A stretch of 64,000 nt of DNA from Bacillota bacterium (GCA_021324295.1 JAJPJJ010000032.1:12919-76918); one strand, 5' to 3'; positions 17,686-28,551 are shown, counted from the first letter of the stretch. Translations and numbers: made by a program. Notes: generated from the sequence alone by a model not told the origin.

Positions 17686-18891
17686 GTGTACGCGGGCATG
17701 TTCGTGTACCCCTGGGACCTCGTGGAGGAAGGCCTTGATGCGGTCGCGGAGCGGCTGCGCGCCGCCGGCATCACCACGATCGCCGTGGCGGCGAGCTACC
17801 ACGCGGGCAAGTTCCTGCGCCCCCATGCGCCCCGGAGCCGCGTCGTCTTCCCGGACGACGGGACCGTGTACTTCCGCCCTCGGCCGGACCGCTACCGCGA
17901 CACGCCGCTTCGGCCGGCGGCGAACCGGCTCGTCGACGAGCACGATCTGTTCGCGGTCCTGGCGGACCGCCGCCGGGCGCACGGGCTCGAGGTCGCCGCC
18001 TGGATGGTGGGGCTGCACAACACCCGCCTCGGCACGGCACACCCCGCGTACGTGGTGCGCAACGCCTACGGCGATCCTTACTACTACAGCCTCTGTCCCA
18101 GCCACCCCGAGGTGCGTGCTTACCTGTGCGCGCTGCTCGGCGACTTCGCTTCGACGTACGAGGCGCAGTATGTGATCCTCGAGACGCCCGGCTTCCTGCC
18201 GTACGCGCACGGATTCCACCACGAGTTCAGCCTCGTCCCCCCGGACCCCTGGAGCTCCCTGCTGCTCGCGCTCTGCTTCTGCCCGGCGTGCGGGCGGCGG
18301 GCCGCGGCCTCCGGGCTCGACGCGGAGCGCCTGGCGGCATCCGTCCGCGAGGCGCTCGATGCCTTCCACGCCGATCCATCGCTGCCCCAGCCCTCGGACG
18401 GCCAGGCGCTCCACTGGGTGGTCGCGGATCTCCTGCGCAACCCCGAGCTGGCGGCGTACCTGCGATGGCGGACCGACTGCGTGACATCGCTCGTCCGCGA
18501 GGCCCGCGCGGCGCTGCCCGCGGCGATGCGGCTGTCGGTGATCCCCTCGGTCGACCAGCCGCTCGCGCTGGCCTGGCTCGAGGGCAGCGACCTGTCGGAC
18601 CTGGCGGAGCCCGCGGACATCATCGAAATCCTCGGCTACCGCGCGAGCCCCGGCGAGGTGGCCGCGGACGCCTGGTGGGCCCGCCAGCGCATCGGCGCGC
18701 GGGCCCGTCTCCACGTCACCCTCCGTCCCGCGTACCCGGACACGCCCGACGAAGCCAACCTCCTGGCCAAGGCGCGGGCGGTCCAGGAGGCGGGCATCGA
18801 CGGGATCTCCTTCTACAACTACGGCCACATCCGGCTCGGCCACCTGGCGTGGGTCCGCCGGGCGGTCCGCGCGCTCGGGACCTCCGGGTAG
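17686..18891 (+). CDS. Conserved hypothetical protein, about 400 aa, family not recognised
   Basis: Long non-repetitive ORF. GTG at 17686 lies 5 nt after the upstream TAG, with a GGAGGACGGG RBS, and the next gene follows closely. Cys cluster …LALCFCPACGRR… and …GIDGISFYNYGH… near the C-terminus. Confidence 0.45.
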   Translation: MYAGMFVYPWDLVEEGLDAVAERLRAAGITTIAVAASYHAGKFLRPHAPRSRVVFPDDGTVYFRPRPDRYRDTPLRPAANRLVDEHDLFAVLADRRRAHGLEVAAWMVGLHNTRLGTAHPAYVVRNAYGDPYYYSLCPSHPEVRAYLCALLGDFASTYEAQYVILETPGFLPYAHGFHHEFSLVPPDPWSSLLLALCFCPACGRRAAASGLDAERLAASVREALDAFHADPSLPQPSDGQALHWVVADLLRNPELAAYLRWRTDCVTSLVREARAALPAAMRLSVIPSVDQPLALAWLEGSDLSDLAEPADIIEILGYRASPGEVAADAWWARQRIGARARLHVTLRPAYPDTPDEANLLAKARAVQEAGIDGISFYNYGHIRLGHLAWVRRAVRALGTSG

Positions 18892-18904
18892 CCCGGCGGC
18901 GCGC

Positions 18905-19699
18905 GTGATGCGGATCGACGGGCGCGTGGCGATCGTGACGGGCGCGGGATCGGGCATCGGGCGGGCGATCGCGCTGCGGTTCGCGCGGGCCGGCGCGGCG
19001 ATCGTCGCGGCCGACCTCGACGCGGGTGCCGGGGAGGAGACCGCCCGCCTGATCAGGGAAGCGGGAGGGGACGCGCTCTGCGTGGCCGCCGATGTGGCCG
19101 CAGCCGAGCAGGTCAGCACGCTCGTGGCCTCCGCCGAGGCGCACTACGGGGCGATCGACATCCTCGTCAACAACGCGGCGATCGCGACGGGGCACGGCAT
19201 CCTCGAGATCACGCCCGAGGTGTGGGACCGCGACCTCGCCGTCGATCTGCGGGGGCCGTACCTGTGCACGCGGGCCGCGCTGCCCGCGATGCTGCGGAGG
19301 GGGCGCGGCGCCATCGTGAACGTCAGCTCGGTGAATGCCCTGCTCGGTCTCGGGCACCACGCGTACAGCGCGGCGAAGGCCGGGCTGATCTCGCTCACGC
19401 AGAACGTCGCCGTCGAGTTCGGGGACCGAGGCATCCGCGCGAACGTGATCTGCCCGGGCACGGTGCGCACGCCGATCTGGGCCGATCGCCTGGCGCGCGC
19501 GCCGGATCTGCTGGAGCGGCTGCGCGCATGGTACCCGCTGCGGCGGATCGCCGAGCCCGAGGAGATCGCCGCGGTCGCGCTATTTCTCGCCTCGGATGAG
19601 GCATCGTTCGTGACCGGCGCGGTGATCGTGGCAGACGGCGGGCTGACGGCCGGCATCCGGCGCATGGCCGACGAGCTCATGGCGCGCGAGGCGCGCTGA
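18905..19699 (+). CDS. SDR-family oxidoreductase
   Basis: TGxxxGIG Rossmann motif (AIVTGAGSGIGRAIA), NNAA motif, catalytic S…YxxxK (SSVNALLGLGHHAYSAAKAG). Confidence 0.8.
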   Translation: MMRIDGRVAIVTGAGSGIGRAIALRFARAGAAIVAADLDAGAGEETARLIREAGGDALCVAADVAAAEQVSTLVASAEAHYGAIDILVNNAAIATGHGILEITPEVWDRDLAVDLRGPYLCTRAALPAMLRRGRGAIVNVSSVNALLGLGHHAYSAAKAGLISLTQNVAVEFGDRGIRANVICPGTVRTPIWADRLARAPDLLERLRAWYPLRRIAEPEEIAAVALFLASDEASFVTGAVIVADGGLTAGIRRMADELMAREAR

Positions 19700-19761
19700 C
19701 GCCGGCTGCCGTGTGATGCCGCATTCCGCCCTCGGCCGCCGGGCCGGCCTCCCGGGGAGCT

Positions 19762-19792
19762 TTGCGATACCTTTACAGAGGGCTGCTATGCT
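19762..19792 (+). promoter_or_regulatory. Putative sigma70-like promoter upstream of the two-component system
   Basis: TTGCGA at 19762-19767 and TATGCT at 19787-19792 with a 19-nt spacer, in a locally AT-richer patch about 40 nt upstream of GTG 19832. Weak match. Confidence 0.2.
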
Positions 19793-19831
19793 CCGCGCAG
19801 TCGCGGACGGAGAGACTCCAGGGGGTGTCGT

Positions 19832-20635
19832 GTGAGGCTCGCGGTGCGCGGGCAGGCCGGAGCGGACGCCCCGGCGGACCCCGAGACCGGGCGGCGCGGC
19901 CGCATCGCCGACGCAGGCGGCCGTCCCGCGGGCGCCGCCGCCCCCGAGGGTGCGACGGTCCTCGTCGTGGACGACGATCCCAAGCTCGTGTCGCTCGTCC
20001 GGATGTACCTCGAGCGCGACGGGTTCCAGGTCGTCGCCGCCTATGACGGCGCGCAGGCGCTTGGGATGGTCGCGCGGCACGACCCGGCGTTCATCATCCT
20101 CGACCTGATGCTCCCCCGGGTCGACGGGATCGCGGTCTGCCGCCAGATCCGCGCGACCTCACGCGTCCCGATCCTGATGCTCACCGCCCGGGTGGAGGAG
20201 GCCGACAAGCTCGCGGGCCTCGGGGTGGGGGCGGACGACTACGTCACCAAGCCGTTCAGCCCGCGTGAGCTGGTGGCCCGCGTCCGGGCGATCCTCCGGC
20301 GGGCGGCCCCGCCGGCGCCGCGGCTCGTTGCGGGCCCGCTCGTCATGGACCTCGATCGCCGCGAGGTATCGCTCGACGGCCGCGAGGTCCGCCTCACGGT
20401 GATCGAGTTCAAGCTCCTGCAGGCGCTGATGGAGTTCCCCGGCCGCGTCTTCACGCGCGACCAGCTGCTGGCCCACGTCTACGCGTTCGAGGAGGTGGAC
20501 GTGATCGACCGGACGATCGACGTCCACATCGGGAAGCTGCGGGAGAAGCTCGGCGACGACGCCGCGCACCCCCGGTTCATCCAGACGATCCGCGGGGTCG
20601 GCTACAAGCTGCTGCCGAGCGGCCGTGCGGGATAG
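19832..20635 (+). CDS. OmpR/PhoB-family response regulator
   Basis: Receiver-domain pattern …VLVVDDDPKLVSLVRMYLERDGFQVVAAYDGAQAL…DLMLPRVDG…, then a winged-helix region …LTVIEFKLLQALMEFPGRVFTRDQLL…GYKL. The N-terminal ~40 aa may be an overcall. Confidence 0.8.
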   Translation: MRLAVRGQAGADAPADPETGRRGRIADAGGRPAGAAAPEGATVLVVDDDPKLVSLVRMYLERDGFQVVAAYDGAQALGMVARHDPAFIILDLMLPRVDGIAVCRQIRATSRVPILMLTARVEEADKLAGLGVGADDYVTKPFSPRELVARVRAILRRAAPPAPRLVAGPLVMDLDRREVSLDGREVRLTVIEFKLLQALMEFPGRVFTRDQLLAHVYAFEEVDVIDRTIDVHIGKLREKLGDDAAHPRFIQTIRGVGYKLLPSGRAG

Positions 20636-21773
20636 CCTCCTCTGGCGCCTGCTCGGCGCCCAGCTCCTGGTGATCGCGATCGGCGTCGTCGCCTCCGGGG
20701 TGATGATCACCGATCTCGCCTCGCACGCGTTCATGACCATCATGGCGCGCTACCACATCGAGCCCACCGCGGTCGAGGCGGAGTTCCTCGCCGCCACACA
20801 CCGCATCCTGCTGGTGAGCAGCATGGTGGCCGCCTCCGTCGCGATGCTGCTCGGGTGGATCCTCGTGCGGCGGCTGGTGCGCCCGGTGGCGCGGATGATG
20901 GTCCTCGCGGAGTCCATCGCGCAGGGGGACTACGCCGGCCGCGTCGATCCGCGGGGGCCCGACGAGATCGCGCGGCTCGCCGATGCGCTCAACCGGATGG
21001 CGGAGGGTCTGCAGCGGATCGAAGCGCTCCGGCGGGACCTCATCGCCAACGTGGCCCACGAGCTCCGAACGCCGCTCAGCACCCTGCGGGGGTATCTCGA
21101 GGCGCTGCGCGACGGCCTGGTACCGGCCGACCCGCAGATCCTCGCGTCCCTGCACGAGGAGGTGCTCCGGCTGGTGCGCCTGGTCGACGCCCTGCACCAG
21201 TTGAGCCAGTTCGATGCGCGGATCTCCCGGCTGCGTCCCACAGAGGTGGACCTCCCCGCGCTGGTCCGCGGGCTGCTCGAGGTGTACGGCCCCGAGCTCG
21301 CCCGGCGCGGGATGACGGTGCGCGCGGTCCACGATGCCCGCGTGCCGCGCGTGCGCGCGGACGCGGACCTCGTGGCGCAGGCGCTGCGCAACCTCCTGGA
21401 CAACGCCGCGCGGTACGCGCCCGACCGCGCGGATGTCGTGATCGCGACCTCCCGCGAGGACGGGGCCGTGCGCGTCACGGTCCAGAACACCGGCGAGGGC
21501 ATCTCCCCCGAGGACCTCCCGCACATCTTCGAGCGCTTCTACCGCGGCGAGAAGTCCCGGTCGCGCGAGACCGGCGGGGCGGGGATCGGCCTCGCGCTCG
21601 TGCAGGAGATCGCCCGGGCCCACGGGGGCGGTGCGGGCGCCGCGAGCGCGGACGGCCGCACGAGCGTGTGGTTCAGCCTCGCGCTCGAGCCCGCGGCGGC
21701 GCCTGCCACGCCCGCGGCCGGGGCGGAGGGAGCCGCGGACGAGCCGGGAGGATCCCGCGCGAGCCTCGGCTAG
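20625..21773 (+). CDS. Sensor histidine kinase
   Basis: Two TM segments, HisKA H-box (…IANVAHELRTPLSTLRGYLEAL…), and HATPase N/G boxes (…LDNAARYAP… and …GTGEGISPEDLPHIFERFYRGE…GGAGIGLALV…). GTG start overlaps the RR stop by 11 nt. Confidence 0.8.
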   Translation: MRDSLLWRLLGAQLLVIAIGVVASGVMITDLASHAFMTIMARYHIEPTAVEAEFLAATHRILLVSSMVAASVAMLLGWILVRRLVRPVARMMVLAESIAQGDYAGRVDPRGPDEIARLADALNRMAEGLQRIEALRRDLIANVAHELRTPLSTLRGYLEALRDGLVPADPQILASLHEEVLRLVRLVDALHQLSQFDARISRLRPTEVDLPALVRGLLEVYGPELARRGMTVRAVHDARVPRVRADADLVAQALRNLLDNAARYAPDRADVVIATSREDGAVRVTVQNTGEGISPEDLPHIFERFYRGEKSRSRETGGAGIGLALVQEIARAHGGGAGAASADGRTSVWFSLALEPAAAPATPAAGAEGAADEPGGSRASLG

Positions 21774-22633
21774 TGGCGCGCCGGCCGCCAGGCCTCGAAG
21801 CGGCGCTCGAGGCTGCGCAGCAGCATATCCAGGCCGATCCCCATCGTCGTGATGATCATCACGGCGACGAACAGCTTGTCGGTCTGGAACGTCGAGCCGT
21901 AGACCGCGATGAGGTAGCCGATCCCGGCGTTGGCCGCGTACAACTCCCCGAGCACGATGCCGACGAGGCCGCGCCCGGCGCCGATCCGGAGGCCGGAGAT
22001 CAGGAACGGGATCGCGCTGGGGAGCGCGATCGTGCGGAACACCTGGCCGTCGCGCGCGCCGAACGACCGCGAGACCGTGAGCAGCGACGCGTCCATCGTG
22101 TGCATCGCCGTCATCATGTTGAACAGGATCGGAAAGACCGCGCCGAGGAACACGAGCGCGACCTTGGACCAGATCGCGATCCCGAGCCAGATGACGATGA
22201 GCGGCATCATCGCCTCCCGCGGCGTCGCGTTGATGCCGGAGATGAACGGGTTGGAGGCGGCGAACGCCCATCGGTACCACCCGACCGCGATGCCGATCGG
22301 CACACCGACCACGATCGCGAGGCCAAACCCCAGCCCGAACTCCGAAAGGCTCACCCGCAGGTGCGGCCAGATCTCCCCGCTCGCGAACATCTTCTCGGCG
22401 GCGGCGGCGATGCGCGAGGGGCTGCTGATGAACAGCGGCTGGATGCGCCCGCTGGCCGTCACCCACTCCCAGAGGGCGAGGAACGCGGCGACCGACAGCA
22501 GGCCGATGAGCAGGTTGCCGCTGCGGACGATCCGCCGCCGCTGTCGTGCCCGGCGCTCGAACTGGGCGACCGCGGTCACCTCGGCGCCGGCCGCGCCCGC
22601 CGGCGTGCTAAGCACCGGCGGCCCCCCGGGCAT
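21770..22633 (-). CDS. ABC transporter permease, NitT/TauT (SsuC-like) family
   Basis: Six-TM BPD_transp_1 pattern (…LRVSLSEFGLGFGLAIVVGVPIGIAVG…, …DASLLTVSRSFGARDGQVFRTIALPSAIPFL…). The true start may lie downstream of 22633. Confidence 0.75.
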   Translation of the reverse strand: MPGGPPVLSTPAGAAGAEVTAVAQFERRARQRRRIVRSGNLLIGLLSVAAFLALWEWVTASGRIQPLFISSPSRIAAAAEKMFASGEIWPHLRVSLSEFGLGFGLAIVVGVPIGIAVGWYRWAFAASNPFISGINATPREAMMPLIVIWLGIAIWSKVALVFLGAVFPILFNMMTAMHTMDASLLTVSRSFGARDGQVFRTIALPSAIPFLISGLRIGAGRGLVGIVLGELYAANAGIGYLIAVYGSTFQTDKLFVAVMIITTMGIGLDMLLRSLERRFEAWRPARH

Positions 22634-23417
22634 TGCGCTTCACCTCGTCCTCGATCAACCGCCAGATCCGGTCCTCGTACGCCAGGAACGTGGGGTCCCG
22701 CTTGATCGAAAGGGCGCGCGGGCGGGGCAGGCGGACCTCGATGACCGCGCGCACCCTCCCCGGCCGTGAGCTGAAGACGACGACGCGATCCGCGAGGAAG
22801 ACCGCCTCGCTGATCTGGTGCGTGATGAACAGCGACGTCTTCCGGGTCTCCCGCCAGATGCGGACCAGCTCGGCCTGCATCAACTCTCGCGTCTGCGCGT
22901 CGAGGCTGGCGAACGGCTCATCGAGGAGCAGGATCTCGGGATCGCACACCAGCGCCCGGGCGATGTTCACGCGCTGCTGCATCCCGCCCGACAGCTCGTT
23001 CGGGTAGTAGCGCTCGAAGCCCCGCAGGCCCACCAAGTCGATGTAGTGCTGCGCGCGGGCCTTTGCCTGGCGCGCCGGCACGCCCTGGAGCTGCAGCCCA
23101 TAGATCACGTTCCCCATCACGGTCCGCCAGGGCAGCAGCGAGGCCTGCTGGAAGATGACGGCGCGATCCCGCCCGGGCGCGGTGACCGGGCGGCCGGCGA
23201 TCCGGATCTCCCCGGCCTGGATCGGGATCAGCCCGTCCACGGCCGAGAGGAAGGTCGTCTTGCCGCACCCCGACGGGCCGACGATCGCCACGAACTCCTC
23301 GTCGGCGACGTCGAGGTCGATGCCCTCGAGCGCGTGCGTGCGTGTGCCCGTGCGCTCGTTGAAGTACATCACCGAGACGCCCCGGGCCTGGAGCTTGGCG
23401 ACCGCCGTGCCCATCAC
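22608..23417 (-). CDS. ABC transporter ATP-binding protein (SsuB/TauB-like)
   Basis: Walker A GPSGCGKTT, signature LSGGMQQRVNIARAL, Walker B ILLLDEPFASLD, H-loop FITHQ. Confidence 0.85.
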   Translation of the reverse strand: MMGTAVAKLQARGVSVMYFNERTGTRTHALEGIDLDVADEEFVAIVGPSGCGKTTFLSAVDGLIPIQAGEIRIAGRPVTAPGRDRAVIFQQASLLPWRTVMGNVIYGLQLQGVPARQAKARAQHYIDLVGLRGFERYYPNELSGGMQQRVNIARALVCDPEILLLDEPFASLDAQTRELMQAELVRIWRETRKTSLFITHQISEAVFLADRVVVFSSRPGRVRAVIEVRLPRPRALSIKRDPTFLAYEDRIWRLIEDEVKRNARGAAGA

Positions 23418-23467
23418 ACGCTCACCGCTCGGCCTCGCGCTGTCCGGGCATCACCAGCCTCCGCCCG

Positions 23468-24010
23468 CTACGCCGACTCCGCGCCGCCCGCGCGGCCCGC
23501 CTCGCCGGCTGGACGCGCCCGGGCTCCGCCCTCCAGCTCGGCCCGCAGCGCCTGGGCAAACTGCGCCATGATCCCGTCCGCCTTGTGCTGGACGATGCCG
23601 TGACCCAGCGCGCCCAGCTTGCCGAGGATGCTCGCATCGGAGGCGATCACGAGCCGCGAACTCGTGCCAGCGGCCTCCAGGCGGAGGTCGAGGGAGACCC
23701 GCAGCGAGCTCCCCACAGACGCGTCGCGCCCGGAGGCCACGGCCACGAGGCGGCGCGGCGCCTCCGCCTGCAGGACCCGAATCTCCAGGGGGAATCGGAC
23801 CGTGAACGGGCCGATGCGCTCGCTCACCACGGCCTCGTAGCGGTCGTGCGGCACAACCACGCGCACGTCCTGGCACCCGGGAAGGCACCGTGCCACGCGC
23901 TCCACGTCCCAGAGGAGCGCCCACACCGCCTCCGGAGGGGCCCCGACCGTGATCTCCTTCTCGAACTTCACCGCGCTCCCCCAGCCATGCCGCCGCGAGG
24001 AGACCCGCAT
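23468..24010 (-). CDS. SRPBCC-family protein, CoxG-like
   Basis: …VKFEKEITVGAPPEAVWALLWDVERVARCLPGCQDV… is typical of carbon-monoxide-dehydrogenase subunit G / polyketide-cyclase-like folds. An alternative GTG start at 23971 was checked in sequence. Confidence 0.6.
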   Translation of the reverse strand: MRVSSRRHGWGSAVKFEKEITVGAPPEAVWALLWDVERVARCLPGCQDVRVVVPHDRYEAVVSERIGPFTVRFPLEIRVLQAEAPRRLVAVASGRDASVGSSLRVSLDLRLEAAGTSSRLVIASDASILGKLGALGHGIVQHKADGIMAQFAQALRAELEGGARARPAGEAGRAGGAESA

Positions 24011-24177
24011 CGCCGTGCCGGCCGCCGGACCGCCGCGCGCCGCCAGACGGCCCGCCGGGTAATTCCACGCGCTCGGGCGGACTCCCGCTGGGTATCGGGG
24101 CGCGCCGTCGCGCGCACGGATCCCCGAGGCCGGGGGCAGACGCAGGGTAGCGGCGGGCCGCGCGGGAAGAAGGTGGC

Positions 24178-25431
<1,254 letters not shown>

Positions 25432-25438
25432 GGCCGCC

Positions 25439-26413
25439 TCAGTACGCGGCGAGGGCCCGGATCGCGCCCGCGATCTCCTCGACCTGCGGCTGGAACGCCG
25501 CCTCGAGCACGGGGCTGTGCGGGACCGGGGTGTCCTCGCTGGCGAGCCGCACCACGGGGCCGTCCAGCGACTCGAACGCCTCCTCCGCGATCAGCGCGGC
25601 CACCTCGGCGCCCACGCCCGCGGTCCGCGTCGCCTCGTGAACGATGAGGGCCTTCCCGGTTTTGCGCACCGTGCCGAGGATCGCGTCCCGGTCGAGCGGA
25701 AGGAGGCTGCGCAGGTCGAGGACCTCGGCCGCGATCCCATCCCGGGCGGCCGCGTCCGCGGCGGCGAGGCACTTGTGGAGCATCCACCCGTAGGAGATGA
25801 CGGACAGCGCCGTCCCCTCGCGCGCCACGTGGGCGCGGCCGATCGGGGTCACGTGCTCACCGTCCGGCACCTCCTCCCGCCGGTACCGGTACAGGTGCTT
25901 GTGCTCGAAGTACAGGACCGGGTTGGGATCGCGGATCGCCGCGAGCAGCAGCCCCTTCGCATCGCCGGCGGTCGCAGGCGCGACCACCTTGAGGCCGGGC
26001 GTGTGCACGAACCACGCCTCCTTGCACTGCGAGTGGAACGGCCCGCCCTTCACGTCGCCGCCGTAGGGCATGCGGAGGACCAGCGGCAGCGGACACCCGG
26101 TCCGCCAGTGGAACGTCGCGGCCATGTTGACGACCTGCGTGAACGCGTCCGTGACGAAGTCGGCGAACTGGAGTTCGACGACCGGCCGCATGCCCATCAC
26201 CGCGGCCCCGATCCCCGCCCCGACGTTGGCCGCTTCCGACAGCGGGGCGTCGATCACCCGCCAGGGGCCGAACTCGTCGAGAAACCCCTTCGTGATCCCG
26301 AACGCCCCGCCGTGGACGCCGATGTCCTCGCCGAGGACGAACACGCGGGGGTCGCGCCGCATCTCGCTGCGCAGCGCCTCCCGGATCGCTTCGAGGTAGG
26401 TCATCTGCGCCAC
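25439..26413 (-). CDS. 2-oxoacid dehydrogenase E1 component beta subunit (TPP-dependent, pyruvate/acetoin/BCKDH type)
   Basis: MAQMTYLEAIREALRSEMRRDPRVFVLGEDIG…GGAFGITKGFLDEFGPWRVIDAPLSE… is a canonical E1beta transketolase-like domain. Confidence 0.85.
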   Translation of the reverse strand: MAQMTYLEAIREALRSEMRRDPRVFVLGEDIGVHGGAFGITKGFLDEFGPWRVIDAPLSEAANVGAGIGAAVMGMRPVVELQFADFVTDAFTQVVNMAATFHWRTGCPLPLVLRMPYGGDVKGGPFHSQCKEAWFVHTPGLKVVAPATAGDAKGLLLAAIRDPNPVLYFEHKHLYRYRREEVPDGEHVTPIGRAHVAREGTALSVISYGWMLHKCLAAADAAARDGIAAEVLDLRSLLPLDRDAILGTVRKTGKALIVHEATRTAGVGAEVAALIAEEAFESLDGPVVRLASEDTPVPHSPVLEAAFQPQVEEIAGAIRALAAY

Positions 26414-26419
26414 GCGTGC

Positions 26420-27427
26420 TCACCGTCCGTCGCTGGCCGCATACACGCCCTCCGCCACCGACGCCGGCGCGGGCTCCGGGCTTGCCTCGGCCCACGCCAG
26501 CGCCTCCTCCACCTCCTGCGCGATCCGTCCCTGCATCGCGCGGTCGGCCTCGGCCGTCAGCTGCCCTTCCTCCCGCAGCCGGCGCTCGAACAGCGCGATC
26601 GGGTCGCGCGCCGCCCACGCCGCCAGCAGCTCCCGCGGCACATACGCGAAGTGGTCCGCCTCGCTGTGGCCGCGCATGCGCATCGTTCGGCACTCGATCA
26701 GCGTGGGGCCGCCCCCGTCCCGCGCGCGCGCGACGGCGGCGCGCGCGGCGGCGTACACCGCGAGCACGTCGTTGCCGTCGACCGCGACCCCGGGGATCCC
26801 GTACCCCGGCGCCTTGTCAACGAGCGCGCGCGCCGCGGTCTGGCGGTCGAGCGGCGTCGAGTACGCGTACTGGTTGTTCTCGAGGACCAGCACGACCGGC
26901 AGGCGGAGCACCGCGGCGAAGTTCACGCCCTCGTGCCAGGCGCCGGTGCTGGTCGCCCCGTCGCCGAAGAACGTCAGCACGACGCGCGCCTGGCCGCGCT
27001 GCCGGCAGGCGAGCGCCATCCCGGCGGCCACCGGCACGGACGCTGCCATGTGGCTGATGAACGGGAGGATGCCGAGACGCGGGTCGCCCATGTGGATGTT
27101 GCCGTCGCGGCCCCGCGTGAGGCCGCCTTCCCGGTCGAGGAACTGCGCGAACACCCGGCGCGCCGGGATCCCCCGCATGAGGTACGCGGCGAGGTCGCGG
27201 TGCATCGGCGCCAGCAGGTCTGCGGGCCCGAGCGCGTAGGTCGCCCCCACGGCGATCGCCTCGTGTCCCCACCCGGTGAAGTACGCGCCGGGGATCCGCC
27301 CCTGGTAGTACAGCTTGATGGCGCGGTCCTCGATCGCGCGCTGCAGGCGCATGTAGTACAGCATCTCGAGCAGCTCGCCCGGGGTGAGCGCATCCCCCGC
27401 CCGCGACGTGGCCTCGATCGTGCTCAT
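26420..27427 (-). CDS. 2-oxoacid dehydrogenase E1 component alpha subunit (TPP-binding)
   Basis: ATG 27427..27425 verified in sequence. …YRMMLLQRAIEDRAIKLYYQGRIPGAYFTGWGHEAIAVG… and the TPP motif …GDGATSTGAWHEGVNFAAVLRLPVVLVLENNQYA…. The upstream 300 aa of the track ORF is low complexity and overlaps the NMO gene. Confidence 0.85.
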   Translation of the reverse strand: MSTIEATSRAGDALTPGELLEMLYYMRLQRAIEDRAIKLYYQGRIPGAYFTGWGHEAIAVGATYALGPADLLAPMHRDLAAYLMRGIPARRVFAQFLDREGGLTRGRDGNIHMGDPRLGILPFISHMAASVPVAAGMALACRQRGQARVVLTFFGDGATSTGAWHEGVNFAAVLRLPVVLVLENNQYAYSTPLDRQTAARALVDKAPGYGIPGVAVDGNDVLAVYAAARAAVARARDGGGPTLIECRTMRMRGHSEADHFAYVPRELLAAWAARDPIALFERRLREEGQLTAEADRAMQGRIAQEVEEALAWAEASPEPAPASVAEGVYAASDGR

Positions 27428-28551
27428 CGCCCCTCGCGCACGCGGCGTGCGAGGTGCGTGAGCACGTCGCGCGCCTCCGCGACGATCCGGCGGACGACGT
27501 CGCCGGCGCCCGGCAGGTCGTGGATCAGCCCGGCGCTCTGTCCGGCCAGCATCGGGAAGTACTCCCCGTCCCCCCGGCGCACCGCCTCCGCGTAGATGTC
27601 CTGGGCCGCTCCGGCCTGCAGGAGGCCGGGGAGGACCGGGGCGCCCGAGGCCTCGTACTCGCCGGCGAAGGTGTTGCGGAGCGCGCGGGCGTACAGCCCG
27701 GTGAACGCGTCCGTCACGGTGGTCGCATCGCTCGTCCGCTCGAGCAGCGCCCGCTTCCAGAACTCCGGCGCCATCGACTCGCGGGTGGCGACGAAGCGCG
27801 TGCCGAGGAGCACGCCCTCGGCGCCCAGCGCCAGCGCGGCCACCATCCCCCGCCCGTCCACGATGCCGCCGGCTGCGATGACGGGGACCCCTACCGCGTC
27901 GACGATCTCCGGCACCAGCGCCGCGAGCCCCACGCTCGCGCCGTCGCGTGAGCGCGGCTTCACCCAGGTCGACCGGTGTCCTCCGGCCTCGCTGCCCTGG
28001 GCGACGATCGCGTCCACGCCGGAGCGCGCGACGGTGCGCGCGTCCTCGACGGTCGCGACCATCGCGATCACCTTGATGCCCCGCTCGTGGCAGCGGCGCA
28101 CCATCCCGGGCCCCGGATCGCCGAGGCCGATGCTCCACACGGGCACGCGCTCCTCGAGGATCACCTCGAACGCGGCATCGACAAGATCCGGGAGACGCTC
28201 CGGCCTCCCCCACGCCTCGGGGATGCCGAGCCGCGCGCGGAACCGGTTGAGGGCGCCGTGCACCGCCCGCACCGTCGCCTCGGGGATGCGCGCCGCGTCG
28301 ACCGGCGGTCGGATCTCGGTGTGCAGCCACAGGTTGACCCCGAAGGGGCGGTCGGTCAGCTCGCGCACGCGCCGGATCTGCGCGCGAAGCGCGTCCGGCG
28401 CCAGGTGCAGCCCGGCCAGGATGCCCAGTCCCCCGGCGCGGGAGACTTCGGCGGCCAGGTCGGGGCCGGCCACGCGGCCCATGCCGGACTGGATGATCGG
28501 GTAGTCGATCCCGAGCAGGTCACACAGCGTGGTCCGGAGGGTTGCGTCCAT
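27424..28551 (-). CDS. Nitronate monooxygenase / 2-nitropropane-dioxygenase-family FMN enzyme (FabK-like)
   Basis: ATG 28551..28549 verified in sequence. …LLGIDYPIIQSGMGRVAGPDLAAEVSRAGGLGILAG… and …PVIAAGGIVDGRGMVAALALGAEGVLLGTRF… are NMO TIM-barrel signatures. Its stop lies immediately before the E1alpha start. Confidence 0.8.
   Translation of the reverse strand: MDATLRTTLCDLLGIDYPIIQSGMGRVAGPDLAAEVSRAGGLGILAGLHLAPDALRAQIRRVRELTDRPFGVNLWLHTEIRPPVDAARIPEATVRAVHGALNRFRARLGIPEAWGRPERLPDLVDAAFEVILEERVPVWSIGLGDPGPGMVRRCHERGIKVIAMVATVEDARTVARSGVDAIVAQGSEAGGHRSTWVKPRSRDGASVGLAALVPEIVDAVGVPVIAAGGIVDGRGMVAALALGAEGVLLGTRFVATRESMAPEFWKRALLERTSDATTVTDAFTGLYARALRNTFAGEYEASGAPVLPGLLQAGAAQDIYAEAVRRGDGEYFPMLAGQSAGLIHDLPGAGDVVRRIVAEARDVLTHLARRVREGR

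Noticed and set aside
14592-17777. 1061-aa ORF on the minus strand
   Set aside because: Antisense to the two ABC permeases and the amidohydrolase. The translation is Arg/Gly/Asp/Pro-rich and low complexity, which is the expected shadow ORF in ~70% GC DNA.
26420-28330. 636-aa ORF as the E1alpha gene
   Set aside because: Only the C-terminal 336 aa (from ATG 27427) is E1alpha. The upstream part is Arg-rich and overlaps the well-supported NMO gene in another frame.
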